A stretch of DNA of 64,000 nt from Malacoraja senta (taxonomy: Eukaryota): NCBI GenBank assembly GCA_038087875.1, contig CM075990.1, positions 8,558,001 through 8,622,000 on the forward strand, given 5' to 3'. Made by a program: the position numbers and the translations under genes. Shown here one piece after another: positions 39,587 to 54,749 of this stretch (the stretch's first letter is position 1; every line of letters starts with the position of its first letter). The notes below the pieces were generated by a model. It saw only the letters and a program-made list of their open reading frames with translations. It ran no database searches and had not been told where the DNA came from.

Positions 39587-40430
39587 GTCTGTAAGTGACA
39601 GAAGTGAATCGACCTTGTCTGCGAACCTTGTACAGGGGTGTGTGCTTGGAATGTTCTGAAATAATTCTCCGTTCGAGCAGTTACAGGGGAGACGCACGGT
39701 CCCTGAGATCCCTCGGATCGCGATGTCCGTGAAAATAATATTAGGCATCAGTTGCTGCATAACGGCGTGAAGTCTGGAAATACACATCGAGAGCAGTCCG
39801 ACAGTGTTTCTGTCTGCTCTGTCTGTGTTCGTTCTGTGAGGAGGTGGATGATAGAGAGACTGTGATCTGGAGAGGTAACATGCTTTGTTATCTGGCAAAG
39901 TAACAGCATAAATCAGGTGGAATAGTGACAATGTCTGTCATAAGGGAAGTTGGCTGCATCTGTCACATAGAGGGTGACTGATATTTTTAAATGAAGATAT
40001 TACCAATCGGGACAGAAGTTTAGTATCAACAACCGAGATTAGGAGAAACTTCTTTAATGTTAAATTAAACATTCATCATCTGTTTCATTATTCAGCGGGG
40101 ATTTTAATAATACCTTTTTTAACTGGGTCTCGATGCTCAGCTAGGTTGAAGTTTTGTTTCTCTAATGCTGGTGTAAGGGTTCAGGTCTAACCCCTTTGGG
40201 CTGATCGTGAAACAGAGCTCTGTTTTCAGAAGATAATTCTCCTCTGCGTGGAAGGAGAATTTCACACAGCTTTACCAAAGGGTACTGGGAAGTAAAAAGG
40301 ATCTGACTCATTTAAGAGAGCAGACACTCCAAGTGGATTGGAAGTCAAACATTTGGAAAGGCATTTTGCGCACATTATCACCCTTCCACATGTCTACGCT
40401 CACGCAAATTTACATTTGCAGACCAATTAA

Positions 40431-41823
<1,393 letters not shown>

Positions 41824-41869
41824 TTTTTAGTGGGTTGGATGATCAATGGATGGGGGGATGAGCTTTGTT

Positions 41870-42125
41870 GTGTAAGAAGGAACTGCAGATCTTGGTTTAC
41901 ACCAAAGCTCGACACTAAATGCTGGAGTAACTCAACGGGTCAGGCAGCATCTCTGGTGAAAAGGAATAGGTGATGTTTCGGGTCGAGACCCTTCATCACA
42001 CTGTTGGGAATGGGTGACTGAAGAGGTCTGAAGAAGAGTCGCGACCCAAAACATCACCCATTCCTTCTCTCCAGAGATGCTGCCTGTCCCACTGAGTTAC
42101 TCCAGCTTTTTGTATCTATCTTCAC
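41870..42125. mobile_element. Inverted pair of Penelope-like pLTR remnants
   Basis: Reverse arm ending cccttcatca, a short spacer, then forward arm ctgaagaagagtcgcgacccaaaacatc... Confidence 0.65.
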
Positions 42126-42493
42126 CTGAAGAGCTAAAGCTGGTCAATAAAATAAAGCGACTTCCCTCGGTTGTGGTCCCAGCACTAGGCTTGGATAAGC
42201 CAAAGGAATCTCTAGTTCTGCAGCTACACAACCATCGGATTGGGTTGTGAGTGAATTTTGGATCAACATGATACTTTCTTTGCCTGTAGCAGTTTCGAAA
42301 AATGTTACACAAGGAATAGCATCATTCCATGCACATCCTGTTGGAAGCTGGAATGAGGACAGGGAAGATTTACAAGTATGTTGCCAGACTTTGAGGACCC
42401 AAGTTATCGGGAGAGGTTGGGCAGGCTAGGACATTATTCCTTGGAGAATAGGAGACTGGGGAATAATATTAACGAAGTATATAAAATCATGAC

Positions 42494-43500
42494 CCCAGCT
42501 ATTTACAATTTATATTAATGATCTGGATGAGGGAATTGAATGCAACATCTCCAAGTTTGCGGATGACACTAAGCTGGGGGGCAGTGTTAGCTGTGAGGAG
42601 GATGCTAGGAGACTGCAAGGTGACTTGGATAGGCTGGGTGAGTGGGCAAATGTTTGGCAGATGCAGTATAATGTGGATAAATGTGAGGTTATCCACTTTG
42701 GTGGCAAAAACAGGAAAGCAGACTATTATCTAAATGGTGGCCGATTAGGAAAAGGGGAGATGCAGCGAGACCTGGGTGTCATGGTACACCAGTCATTGAA
42801 AGTAGGCATGCAGGTGCAGCAGGCAGTGAAGAAAGCGAATGGTATGTTAGCTTTCATAGCAAAAGGATTTGAGTATAGGAGCAGGGAGGTTCTACTGCAG
42901 TTGTACAGGGTCTTGGTGAGACCACACCTGGAGTATTGCGTAGTTTTGGTCTCCAAATCTGAGGAAGGACATTATAGCCATAGAGGGAGTGCAGAGAAGG
43001 TTCACCAGACTTATTCCTGGGATGTCAGGACTTTCATATGAAGAAAGACTGGATAGACTTGGCTTATACTCGCTAGAATTTAGGAGATTGAGAGGGGATC
43101 TTATAGAAACGTACAAAATTCTTATGGGGTTGGACAGGCTAGATGCAGGAAGATTGTTCCCGATGTTGGGGAAGTCCAGGACAAGGGGTCACAGCTTAAG
43201 GATAAGGGGGAAATCCTTTAAGACCGAGATGAGAAAACACTTTTTCAAACAGAGAGTGGTGAATCTCTGGAACTCTCTGCCACAGAGGGCAGTTGAGGCC
43301 AGTTCATTGGCTATATTTAAGAGGGAGTTAGATGTGGCCCTTCTGGCTAAAGGGATCAGGGGGTATGGAGAGAAGGCAGGTACGGGATACTGAGTTGGAT
43401 GATCAGCCATGATCATATTGAATGGCGGTGCAGGCTCGAAGGGCCGAATGGCCTACTCCTGCACCTATTTTCTATGTATCTATGTATCTATGTATCTATG
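42494..43500 (+). mobile_element. Young CR1 LINE (RT C-terminal half and 3' end) inserted in an older CR1 (~42325-43800)
   Basis: ORFs 42625..43041 and 42989..43393, (tatctatg)n tail. The host reading YKIM|RDID resumes after the tail. Confidence 0.92.
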
Positions 43501-44484
43501 AGGGACATTGATAGCGTGAATGCACATAGTCTATTTCCAATAATAGAAAAATCAAGAACTAGAGGGAATAGGGTTAAGGTGAGAGGGGAAGGATTCAATA
43601 GGAACTTGAAGGTTTTTCACACAAAGGATGGTGGGTAAATGGAATGAGCTACCATAGGAAGTTGGAGGCAGGTGTAATAACAATATTAAGTCATTTAGAC
43701 GTGTACATGGATAGGACAATTGGAATGAGCTTGGATGGGCACTTTGGTCGACGTGGGTGAGTTGGGGGTGAAAAGCCTGATTTTGGGCTGTGCGATTCTA
43801 TGACTGTGTCTGAGGCAGAAATTTGCAAGAACAATTTGTGATGTGAATGTCTTGGGTGAATTTCCGAAATGGATTGATTTGACTTGAAAAGCTGCACATG
43901 TGCAGAGTGCCCTGGGATGCAGTGATTTTCCCTGCGTAGTCCTGAGAAATCAGCGCCATCTCTCTTTAGAGGTATCTCTAATTGTGTAATTTGCTCGTCC
44001 TCAATAAATGCTTAGTGCACCCTTTCCAGTTAACATTTAAATGCAGATAACACCTGTCATTGCATCCTCTTTTATTTGAAGAATAAGATGCTGTGTCCTT
44101 TGATAAGAGACAAGCACACACTTGCACCACGTGATTTCAATGAACGGGTTGACAGGTGGGTGATAGGCATCTAGTGTCTCTGTCACCTAATGTCAATCAA
44201 CAGTGCCGGTTCAATTATTGATGTGTATGGATGAGGGTAATGAAAGCTTCTCTCAGACTCGTTTCCTCGCCCGCCACTTCACCTCATCTGTCAGAAACCG
44301 TTTCTCTTGTCTTTGTGCAAATAAGCCTTTCTCTGATCTTGTGGAAAGGTGATCCACTTGCATCTGATCAAAGGATTCTCACTGACCTGATCACCGGAAT
44401 CACTCAGAGCTAAGCGTCTTGGAAGCGTTGCTGTGGATGTGCGAGGCGGCTGGATTCCTGCCATTATTTCAGGGCTTCTTATAA

Positions 44485-45290
44485 AGTCATAGAGTCATAG
44501 AATTATACAGCATGGAAATAGGCCCTTCGGCCCAGCTTGCCCACACCAACCAACATGTCCCATCTACACTAGTCCCACCTGCCTGCATTTAGCCCATTTC
44601 CCTCTAGTCCTGTCCTATCTACGTGCCTGTCTAAATGTTTCAGGTCTCCAGAGATGCTGCCTGTCCCGCTGAGTTACTCCAGCTTTTTGTATCTATCTTC
44701 ACCTGAAGAGATAAAGCTGGTCAATAAAATAAAGCGACTTCCCTCGGTTGTGGTCCCAGCACTAGGCTTGGATAAGCCGAAGGAATCTGTAGTTCTGCAG
44801 CCACAGAACCATCGGGTTGGGTTGTGAGTGAGTGCCTCAACTACCTCCTCCGGCAGTTCGTTCCATACACCCACCACCCTTTGTGTGAAAAAGTTACCCC
44901 TCAGGTTCCTATTAAATCTTTCCCCCCTCACCTTAAACCTACATCCTCTTGTTCTCGATTCCCCTATTCTGGGCAAGAGACTCTGTCTATATACCCGATC
45001 TATTCCTCTCATGATTTTGTACATCTCGATAAGATCACCCCTCAGCCTCCTGTGCTCCAAGGAATAGAGTCCCAGCCTGCTCAACCACTCCCTATATCTC
45101 AGGCCCTCGAGGCCTGGCAACATCCTTGTCAATCTTCTCTGCACCCTTTCCAGCTTGACAATGTCTTCCCAGCAACATGGTGCCCAGAATTGAACACAAT
45201 ACTTCAAATGCAGCCTCACCACCGTCTTATATAACTGCAACATGACCTCCCAACTTCTATATTCAATACTCTGACTGATTAAGGCCAATG
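44485..45290 (-). mobile_element. CR1 LINE 3' fragment carrying a 187-bp templated insertion
   Basis: ORF 44674..45306(-): LERVQRRLTRMLPGL..FFTQRVVGVWNELP. (gagtcata) tail. Confidence 0.9.
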
Positions 45291-45959
45291 TTATGATCCA
45301 AACCAATGACCTTGTATGCTAACTTCAGCTCAGAGGTTATGAATGGTGACAAGGTTAAAAAGGGTTGTGGAAGGGTGGTTATATAGTTCTATAACTGTAA
45401 TCTGCAAGTATTGATTCACAATCACAGCTCGCTCAATTATTATCGGTCTCTAATTGTGTGATTAATGAAGAAATTATGCTGGTACCTCAGGTGTGAGACA
45501 GGGTATTGAGCAGCCTATTTTTGGCTCCCAACAATAAGCGTTTGGTCACAAAACACAGCATGCTGGAGGAACTCAGCAGGTCAGGCAGCATCCGTGGAGG
45601 GAATGGACTCAGGACGTTCCAGATCAAGACCCTTCTTCAGACTTCTTCAGCTGTCCGTTCCATCCACCAATGCTGCATGTCCCCTTTAGTTCCTCCGACA
45701 CTTTGTGTTTCCTCTTGATTCCTGCAACCGCATGGTCTTGTGCCTCGACTATAGTTTATCACCTGACTGCAGAGCGAATGGACCAGGAAGCTGAGAAGAT
45801 GAATGGTGGGACAAGAACATCAATCAAATGTACAAAAGTGTTCCAGTGCTGTTATTGCTGCTTCTGACCAACAAGCATCAAAAGAGGATCCATTTAGACG
45901 AGGAAAGGCTCAAATCAGATGTAGCTGAGTAATTGTATTGCATTGCCTTTGTACTGCAG

Positions 45960-46121
45960 ATATCCAACCTGTACCTGTACGATAGTGTCCTATTGTTGGC
46001 TGGAGCCTTCCACAAAAAACTAGAGGACCGGAAGTGGCACAGCATGGCAAGTCTGAACTGCATGAGGAAGTCCACAAAGTCTTGGAATGGAGGGAGATCC
46101 ATGCTGGACACCATTCGAAAC
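45960..46121 (+). CDS. GRID1: GRID1 internal coding exon (162 nt, ~exon 7): [54 protein letters not shown]
   Basis: Acceptor tactgcAG and donor GTaagt. Lies within ORF 45933..46169 and has the delta-receptor signature [19 protein letters not shown]. Confidence 0.97.
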
Positions 46122-47159
46122 GTAAGTGAAGCTGAAAAGGTGAGAGTGTTCAATATAGACAGTGGTTAGGAGAGAGACACAAAATGCTGGAGTAACTCAG
46201 CGCGTCAGGCAGCATCTCTGGATAGAAGGAATAGGTGACGTTTCGGGTCGAGACACTTCTGGCTGGCTATCAGGATATCCAGGGACATTCCAAGTCGCCC
46301 ATTGAATGGTCCCATCATGAGAGTTATCAATCCCAGTTTCTTTTCCTTGTATTTAACTACCAGAAAAAGAACTTGTGTAGGAGGGAAGTGCAGATGCTGG
46401 TTTAAACCGAAGATAGACACAAAAAGCTGGAGTAACTCAGCGGGACAAGCAGCATCTCCGGATAGAGGAATGGGTGATGTTTCGAGTCGAGACCGTTCTA
46501 CAGACAAGTAAATGCCGTGCTAAGCTCTTCCTCTATTTATTCCATTTATATCAACTTCCCTCTTGTTTTCCCCTCCCCATTCCATCAGCATCTTCCTTTG
46601 GTCCATCCTGATTCCACACTCCTCTCCACTGAATCTTGCCTGGGGTATATAGGCACTGAAGACATACTGTAGGGCCTCCAGCTAAATCCTAGTGTGTGGT
46701 GCATGCTAACGATAAAAAGCACTTTGCTTCTTCAGCGCGGAAACCCTAGTACAGGGGAAATTAAATCACAGAATTTCCCGAAGGGTCCCGACCCAAAACA
46801 TTGCTCATCCATGTCCTTCAAAGATGGTGCCTGACCTGCTGAGTTACTCCAGCACTTTGTGCACTAGACAGAATCTCAGCACTACTTCGTAAATGGGTCT
46901 GATGAAGCCAAAATACGCCAGAGAATTAACCAGTCGTTAATTGCACGGTGATCTGTTTAAAATCTCAATAACAACCAAAGACACTCTGTTGCGAGGGATG
47001 CTTGTCTATTTTGAAGGCAGTAGATTTTCACCCAATACCATTTTAATGCAGAAGTGACTTAGCTGCATTGTAGTTGTTTGATGGAGCTGCGTTTTTAGCT
47101 CAAAAGCTGCCTTGCCACCAATTATAGTGGACCCCGCCACTAATTTGGAACGGTGGTAT

Positions 47160-47440
47160 AGTTTAATTTTAGTTTAGAGATACAGCGAAGAAGCAGGCCC
47201 TTTGGCCCACCGACACCACGTCGACCACCAACACTATCCTACACACACTAGGGACAATTTACAATTTTACCAAGCCAATTAGCCCACAAACCTGTATGTC
47301 TTTGGAATGTGGGAAGAAGCCGGAGCACCCGGAGAAAACCCACGAGGTTTCGGGGAGAACACATAAACTCCATACAGATAGCACCCGTAGTCAGGATCGA
47401 AACCAGAACGTTGGCGCTGGAAGGCAGCAACCCTACCACT
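47160..47440 (-). mobile_element. HE1-type V-SINE (further minus-strand copies at ~49210-49452, ~50390-50686 and ~57436-57743)
   Basis: Family consensus in reverse complement. Confidence 0.8.
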
Positions 47441-48169
47441 AGTACTTTCATCCCACAAGGTAGTTTCTGCGGCAGAAACCTGGCTTGAAACTGCACAGAG
47501 AGATGTTGCGCCATGTACTTTCCTATTGACTATTGAATGGTGAACCCACACTAAAGTGTACTGTGTCATGGAATCTCCAGAATCGTTCTTTGCAATTAAG
47601 TTTAGACTTTGTTGGAGATAATACCAAAGAAGCATTCTCATCATGTTACTCTTCAACCAATGTCACCCACAGCCACCTCTTACATTCTTGCGCAATTACC
47701 TCAAACGCATTGACCCCCTCAATTCCATCTCTCCATTTGCCTCAATATCTCTCCATCTCCCTCAATCTCTTCTTCACTATTATTGAAATCCTTGTCACAA
47801 TCCTTTCATCATCATCGTCTTGTGCAATATTTTCTGCCTGGTATCCAAACTCTATTACTATTTGGTTGGGTACTTACTCTTCACATCATTTTAATTTCTC
47901 ATCCCTTTCATTTTTTTTAGCTTGCCCACTTCTTCTTCCTCGCCCCCACCAATTACCCTTTATAATCATAAATATGTCAATTAGTTCACCTCCAGCTGTT
48001 TTCTTATAGAGCAGAAATAACAATTTTTCTTGTTTTGATAGTCGAGTTTCAGCGAGGGAATTTCATGTTTCTTCGTGGAATTATGGGCTGATTTCTTGGC
48101 AACTTCCAGAGAAATCCAATGGTCCATTAAAGTACCGTATTGAGGAAGACATTCTTTCTTGCACTGTTG

Positions 48170-48642
48170 TAGGCCCCCCTCGGTCATGACTGACTATGGG
48201 TGATGCATCCTAGTTGTTGGCTGCTTGCTCCAAACCTCGGCTAGAGCAGCAGGTGATGTGTGGTCGGATGCAAGCCTGGGCGATGTCATATGGAGGACAG
48301 GCTGTTGCCCATGCAGCACGTCCCCCCTCTCCACATCGCTGATTGATCCAAAGGAACAGCAGGGCCGTTACAGTTGGCACCAACGCCGTCGCAGGAGCTG
48401 CCAGAGCGAGGTTGTAGACAACGACGAACTGCCTTAGGGGCTCCGACTCCGGATTTTCTTGAGGTTTACTCCTGGAGCCTTTTCCATGACTGGATATGGC
48501 CACAAGGCAGTGGAGGTTTTAAATCAGAGTTTTCCCTCTCCTAGATGGACTGCCATTCCAGCCTGATGAGCCCCATCTGCCCGAGACTCGTGGGGGCGGG
48601 AGCGTCTACCTTCCCGTGCAGGTCTATAGCACCTGCCCACTG
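48170..48642 (-). mobile_element. Probable RTE-related non-autonomous element
   Basis: Minus-strand ggcagtccatctaggagagggaaaactc resembles a motif I recall from RTE 5' regions. GC-rich, distinct from the flanks. Confidence 0.4.
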
Positions 48643-48774
48643 CCCAAATATAGTATTAACTATGTTTTTACATTTCCTGTTTTTGGGACTGCATGACAGG
48701 CTAATTGTACAATCCCCTCTCCTATTTTCTTCCATTTTATCTATTCTAACTCACCTTATCCTCTTCACATTCAC

Positions 48775-49205
48775 AATAATACTTTATTAGCCAAGTATGT
48801 TTTGCAACATATGAGGAATTTCATTTGCCAAGTCAGTCATACAAATAAAAAGCAATGGAACACACAAAACACATTTTAACATGAACATCCACCACAGTGA
48901 CTCCTCCACATTCCTCACTGTGATGGAAAGTGAAAAAAAGTACAAATCTCTTCCCTTCTATGCTCTCCCGCGATCAGGGGCCTCGAGCCCTCCGTTGACG
49001 GGATGATCTTGACTCCTGTAGCCGGCGGCGTTTGGACCCTCCGCATCGGAGCGATCAGCTCCCGCATCAGGGGAATGTCAGATCCCCCGCGTCAGCGATC
49101 GGACCCCGGGTCGGGACTGGTCAAGCCTCTACATCATAGAGCTTCCCGTCTTGGCCTCCCCCAACACTGTGAGCTCTTGATGGTAAGTCCGCAGGCCACG
49201 GTAGG
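48775..49205 (-). mobile_element. GC-rich non-autonomous retroelement fragment
   Basis: Shares catcca.cac..ctgtgatggaa with the 18895-19630 element; AATAAA tail on the minus strand. Confidence 0.5.
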
Positions 49206-50999
49206 AGTGACCAGCGATCCCTGCACATTAACACTATCTTATACACACTAGGGACAATTTACATATACAAGGCAATTCACCCACAAACCTGTACGTCTTT
49301 GGAGTGTGGGAGGAAACTGAAGATCTCGGAGAAAACAGACGCGGTCACGGGGAGAACCTACAAACTCCGTACAGACAACACCCGTAGTCAGAATTGAACC
49401 CGGGTCTCCAGCACTGCAAGCGCTGTAAAACAGCAACTCTACCGCTGCCCCACCAGGCCGCCCTCTTGCTAATCCCAATTATGGATTAATGGGCAGAGTT
49501 TTGGGAGGGGAATAAGAGACAGGAACTTCTGGGAAATTGGATTGGTATCTGATGTCCAGGATTATGGAGTCAAATGAAGACAAGCGTTTAACCTTTAAAA
49601 TCTTGTAATGTGCGTGACTCTTTCACAAATACAACAGCTTTTGGGAGACAAATCAGACTGCAAATGACAGATTTTATGTGTGATCACAGATGGGCAGGTG
49701 GCAGATCATACAGGCATTTTGGAATGGTTATTACCTCATGATTATGCAAATAGTTTGCCATCCAGTGCCAAGTCATGTTTCAGCCATGGAAGAATCAGAA
49801 TTTATTGTTTGCATGTGAGGTCCAATGTGTAGAAATTCCTATACTTATATGCTCACCGCCCAAACCATGACACAAATGATATGGATACAGAGAGTTGTGA
49901 GTCTGTGGAATTCTCAGCCACAGAGGGCGGTGGAGGCCGGTTCTCTTGACACTTTCAAGAGAGAGTTTGATAGGGCTCTTAAAGATAGCGGAGTCAGGGG
50001 ATATGGGGAGAAGGCAGGAACGGGGTACTGATTGGGGATGATCAGCCATGATCACATTGAATGTCGGTGCTGGCTCGAAGGGCCGAATGGCCTACTCCTG
50101 CACCTATTGTCTATTGTCTAACTTGCATCCCAGTGTCCAATCCAGCAATAGCTAACATACCACCACATTCACTTTGGGGGGAAAAAGGGTTCTTATGGAT
50201 GGGATCAAATATATAAAATCACATCTATTTACTGCAGTGATGTTGAGTCATACGCAACCTGCAATTAGCTGATGGAAATTCACAAATGTACAAAATTACA
50301 AGAGGTTTTAATATCAAGACTAGTGTTCAATTACTCAAAGATTTGTGTATGGTCCAATTAGTTTAGACTTGATTTGGCATAATACCATGCTGCCCATTAT
50401 GTCCACGCTGACCATCGAACACCCGTTCATATTCGTTCTGTGTTATCCCACTTCCACATCCATTCCCGTCAAGTTTGGGGCAATGTTATTTTTACAGTGG
50501 ACAATTAACCTACAAACCCGCATGTCTTTGGGATGTGGGAGGAAGCCGGAGTACCCAGAGGAAGCCCATCGGGTTACCGGGAGAACGTGCAAACTCCACA
50601 CAGACACACAGTGCCCAAAGTCAGTATCAAAGCCAGATCTCTAGCATTGTGGAGCAGCAGTTCCAACAGATGCGCCACTGTGCTGCCCATATTATTCCAA
50701 CTTAACCAACCATCATTCCAGAAAGAAATCTTAGAAAGCAAAGTATACCAATGAGGCCAAGGCAAAATATTGCAGGCACAGAAGACTTTGGAAAAGGAAC
50801 AATGAAATTCTCACCAAAATGTCAATAAAACATTTTTTATTCTTGACATCCTTAAAATATTCAGCAAGTTAAAGGCGACATCTGTGAAAAGGGAGAAACA
50901 GATTTAATGTTTCAAGTCACTGCCCTTATATTTGATCTGGATCATTTTGGATTTGTTATGATGGGAATGGAAAAGAGTTAGTAAAGGGTTTGCATTTAT

Positions 51000-51440
51000 A
51001 AGTATTAGTAGCAGAATTATGCCATTCGGCCAATTAGTCTACTCCACCATTTAATCATAGCTGACCTATCTTACCTCTCCTGCCATTCTCCTGCCTTCTC
51101 CCCATAACACCTGACACCCGTACTAATCAAGAACCTATTAATCTCCATCTTAAAAAAAATATCCATTGACTTGGCCTCCACAGTCTTCTGTGGCAATGAA
51201 TTCCACAGATTCACCACCCTCTGACTAAAGAAATTCCTCCTCATCCCCTTTCTTCAGGTCTGTCCTTTTATTCTGAGGCAGTCGCCTCTGGTCCTTGACT
51301 CTCCCACTTGTGGAAACATCCTCTCCACATCCACTCTATCCAGGCCTTTCATATTTGTTAAGTTTCAATGAGGTCTCCCCCTCGTCCTAAACTCCAGCGA
51401 GTACAGGCCCAGTGCTGTCAAAGGATCCTCATATGTTAGG
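51000..51440 (-). mobile_element. CR1 3' fragment (a + strand fragment also at ~49885-50120)
   Basis: Reverse complement of the 7790-8280 subfamily. Confidence 0.8.
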
Positions 51441-52436
51441 CTTGTTTTTATGACCTCAGGTTATCTTGTAGCAACTTACAGTCGGTGAAGTGCTTCCAAG
51501 TATAACCAATGCTGTATCCTTGGGATACAACGCAGCTAATGTACGCTTAACCAGGTTCTGAAGTGATACTTAGAAAAGTAACTGGTTAACCTGTTTCAGC
51601 GTTATAGGTTAAGAGAAAAAAAGCTGTCTATGATGCAATGTACTGTTTAGAAAGGGTGCTTGAGGGAAATGGTTTAGCTCATTATACTTCATGTAATAGG
51701 AAGTGAGTGGATCTATCCAAAATCTTTTTAACCTGCTTAAAATTAAATTCTGCACTGAAACTCAGGCTAAAGGCTTACAGTGCAGGAAAAGAGCTTTTAC
51801 CAGTATCTAGGTAGGCACAAAATGCTGGAGTAACTCAGCGGGACAGGCAGCATCCCTGGAGAGAAGGAATGGATGACGTTTTGGGTCAAGACCCTTCTTA
51901 CCAGTCTCTGCTAGCCCTTTAATAGAACAATCCTGGATTAATCCCATGGCATTGGCCTCTCTCTCCATGGACCCAAACGGATGGATTTGATTCAATCAAT
52001 TGGATTATATATTGTAATATAGAATGGTTTTGTTCATTGAGATTCTGTACACAAAGAGCAATTATAGAACAATTTTGATTGAGTGGAGTTACATGACTCA
52101 TAGCAGTGTGCATTAAATTTGCCATTATCATCTTCCCTCTGAGGAAGATGACTCAGACTTATTTAAGGGTTATGAGTTGTATCGACTGGTGAAGATCAGC
52201 GCACTGCATGAGGGTCTTCTGGTGGGTGGAGTGGAAACGGTATGAAGTTTGATATATTCATTCATGAAAATGTTCTCCTGCTGCATGGGCTTGGTCCGAA
52301 ACCTTGTCCATCCATCTATACATCGCCCCGACCTGCAGCGTTCCTCCAGCAGTTTGTTATTTTAACTCCAGATTGCAGAATCTACAGCCCGTTGTATCTT
52401 TATTCATGACTTATTGTAACCTCCGCTTCCCTCTAG

Positions 52437-52556
52437 GGTCAAATTACTGGTCTGACTGGAGCCCTGGCTTTTGTGAATGGTGTGTCTAACACCAACATTC
52501 ATTTTGAAATCCTTGGCACCAGTTACAGTGAAACATTTGGCAAAGATGTTCGACGG
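52437..52556 (+). CDS. GRID1: GRID1 internal coding exon (120 nt, ~exon 8): [40 protein letters not shown]
   Basis: Acceptor ccctctAG and donor GTaagt. ITGLTG and [15 protein letters not shown] match GluD1 better than GluD2. Confidence 0.96.
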
Positions 52557-53029
52557 GTAAGTACATCTTTTACCTTCTCTACCTTTTCTTTCTGCACACA
52601 ACTGCTGGAGCTGTGCATAAGGCAAGTAAGATATAAACTTCACAAACTAGATTCTAGAATGATAGCTTCCACATGGAAAGTGTTCCTCTCTCTGCAGGTT
52701 TTAATAGGTTAGTGTTATTTTCAAGGTCTGTTTGTGCTAATCTTCTCCAATACTTGTTATGATCTGTGGGGTGTTTTTGTTATGTTATTGTCTGGAAACT
52801 CCATTGCTCCGCTCATCTGTGGAATAAGACCATGAGGCCCAGGGGCAGAATTTGGCCATTCAGCTCATCGCATCCTCTCTGCAATTCCATCATGGCTGAT
52901 CGGATGAATAAATGCTTTTCTCAGTGAAGAACCTCCCTGGGGGCCACAGGACACGTGGGCCCGAGCAATGATGTCCAGAAAAGGTTGCAACTGGAGAGAT
53001 AAATTGGAAGGAAACACACTCACAATTAT

Positions 53030-53100
53030 ATCGCACCTTTATGACCCTCAGGTTACCCAAAGTGCTTCACAGCCAACTGCGTATCTCCATAGTGTAATCA
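53030..53100 (-). mobile_element. DeuSINE/SacSINE1-like 3' tail remnant (similar at ~51445-51545; Deu-core-like repeats at ~14690-14870)
   Basis: gcacctttatgaccctcagg..cccaaagtgcttcacagccaa resembles the recalled reverse complement of the SacSINE1/AmnSINE1 3' region. Confidence 0.4.
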
Positions 53101-53446
53101 GTAGGAAAGAACTGCAGATGCTGGTTTAAATTGGAGGCAGACACAAAATGCTGAAGTAACTCAGCAGGACAGGCAGCAAGTCTGGAGAGAAGGAATGGAT
53201 GACGTTTCGGGTCGAGACCCTTCTTCAGTCGGAAGCCGAGACAACACTTCCCCTCTCTCCCATCTACTTCCCCATCTCATGTTTGCAGTCGGAAGAAGGG
53301 GCTCGACCCGAAGCGTCACCCATTTCTTCTCTCCAGAGATGCCGCCTGTCCCGCTGAATTATTCCAGCATTTTGTGTCTACCCTTCAAAGTGTTTTATTA
53401 AATGTATTGACAGTGTAAACCAGCATCTGCAGTTCCTTCCAGCACA
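53100..53446. mobile_element. Inverted pLTR pair with a captured 52-bp spacer
   Basis: The arms are reverse complements. The spacer matches 55941-55992. Confidence 0.7.
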
Positions 53447-54749
53447 TGTAGTCAGTTGTGATAGGGCAAAGAGTAGCAAGCAACTTGAAAATAGCAAACT
53501 CCCTTAAAGCATTTAGTCTGTTCTCAGAGTTTTGGCAGAAGGATAAGCAAAGGTAAGGATACCAAGTTGACAATTTAAGATAGGTTTATTTACTAAATTT
53601 GGTCACTGTTTATAGACTCGTGCCTACCCTTTTCTCTGATGCACTGGCCCTCGGTACTTTAACTCTTAAAGGGAGAACTTCATATTCTAAACACTACCTG
53701 GCAATATTCACTGCATCCATTGAAGCTGAGAATGGCAGATCTCTGTCAGCCTTTGGGGATCAGAATTAGAACCGGGAGAGGGACAGGTATTTAGTGTTTG
53801 ACGTGTAGGAAGGAACTGCAAATGCTGTTTTAAACTGAAGATCGACACAAAAAGCTGGGGTAACTCAGCGGGTCAGACAACATCTCTAGAGAGAAAGAAT
53901 AGGTGACATTTTGGTTCGAGACCCTTCTTCAGACGAATGGTCTCGATCTGAAACGTCACCTATTCCTTTTCTCCATAAATGCTGACTGACTCGTTGAGTT
54001 ACTCCAGCTTTTTGTGTTGATCTTGTTTGGTGTTAGATGCAGTACAGACTAAGTGTTAGAGAATGGCTGGTCCAGTGTAGTGGCGTTGTAATACTCGGAT
54101 TAAATGGTAAATGTGACAGGCTCAAATTCACCGGCTTGGGCTGATCCTGCAGCCCAGTGAAGTCACCCTGGCTTTAGCTGACAGCATGTCCATCACTGAA
54201 AGCTCTCGGCTGATCAAACACCACACATCTCTGCAGTTTGACCATGTCCTTGGTACTTACAACCTGGGAGGCATAATACAGATGGGAGTATTCACCTCCC
54301 ATTGACCTGCTGATTCCCAAAACTTTCTTGGCTACTTTGGAGTGATTTCATAAACGACTAAAGGTTGATATCTAAGACTTGATTCATTCCAACCACTGAC
54401 CTTTCATGGAATTATGTTGGAATCAGTTATGAATGATTCCCTCTGCAGTGTGAGGTTGTGACCTCCAGCTCCGCCTGTTTCAACATGAAGCTATGGTCCA
54501 CGTTTATCTTCTCCAGGTCGTCTGCTCATATCAGGCTCATTCTCAGTGGTTTCTTCCAAGGTTGAACAGCACGACTTCTCCAGCTTGTTTCAATCCACAA
54601 CATTATCCAGTGTTGCTAATCATAAGAGTCATACAGCATGGAAACAAGCGCCTTTGCCCAACTTTCCCACGCAACCACAATACTCCATCTACACTTGTCC
54701 CACCTGGCTGCATTTGGTCCATATTCTTCTAAATGTATCCAATCCATGT

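Noticed and set aside
47533..48009. 158-aa hydrophobic ORF
   Set aside because: Pyrimidine-rich low-complexity composition with no start context, splice support or known motif.
54080..54145. GLNG-encoding stretch considered as the next GRID1 exon (LATWD..GLNGSL)
   Set aside because: No surrounding similarity, an in-frame stop follows and there are no suitable splice sites. The next exon appears to lie beyond the window.
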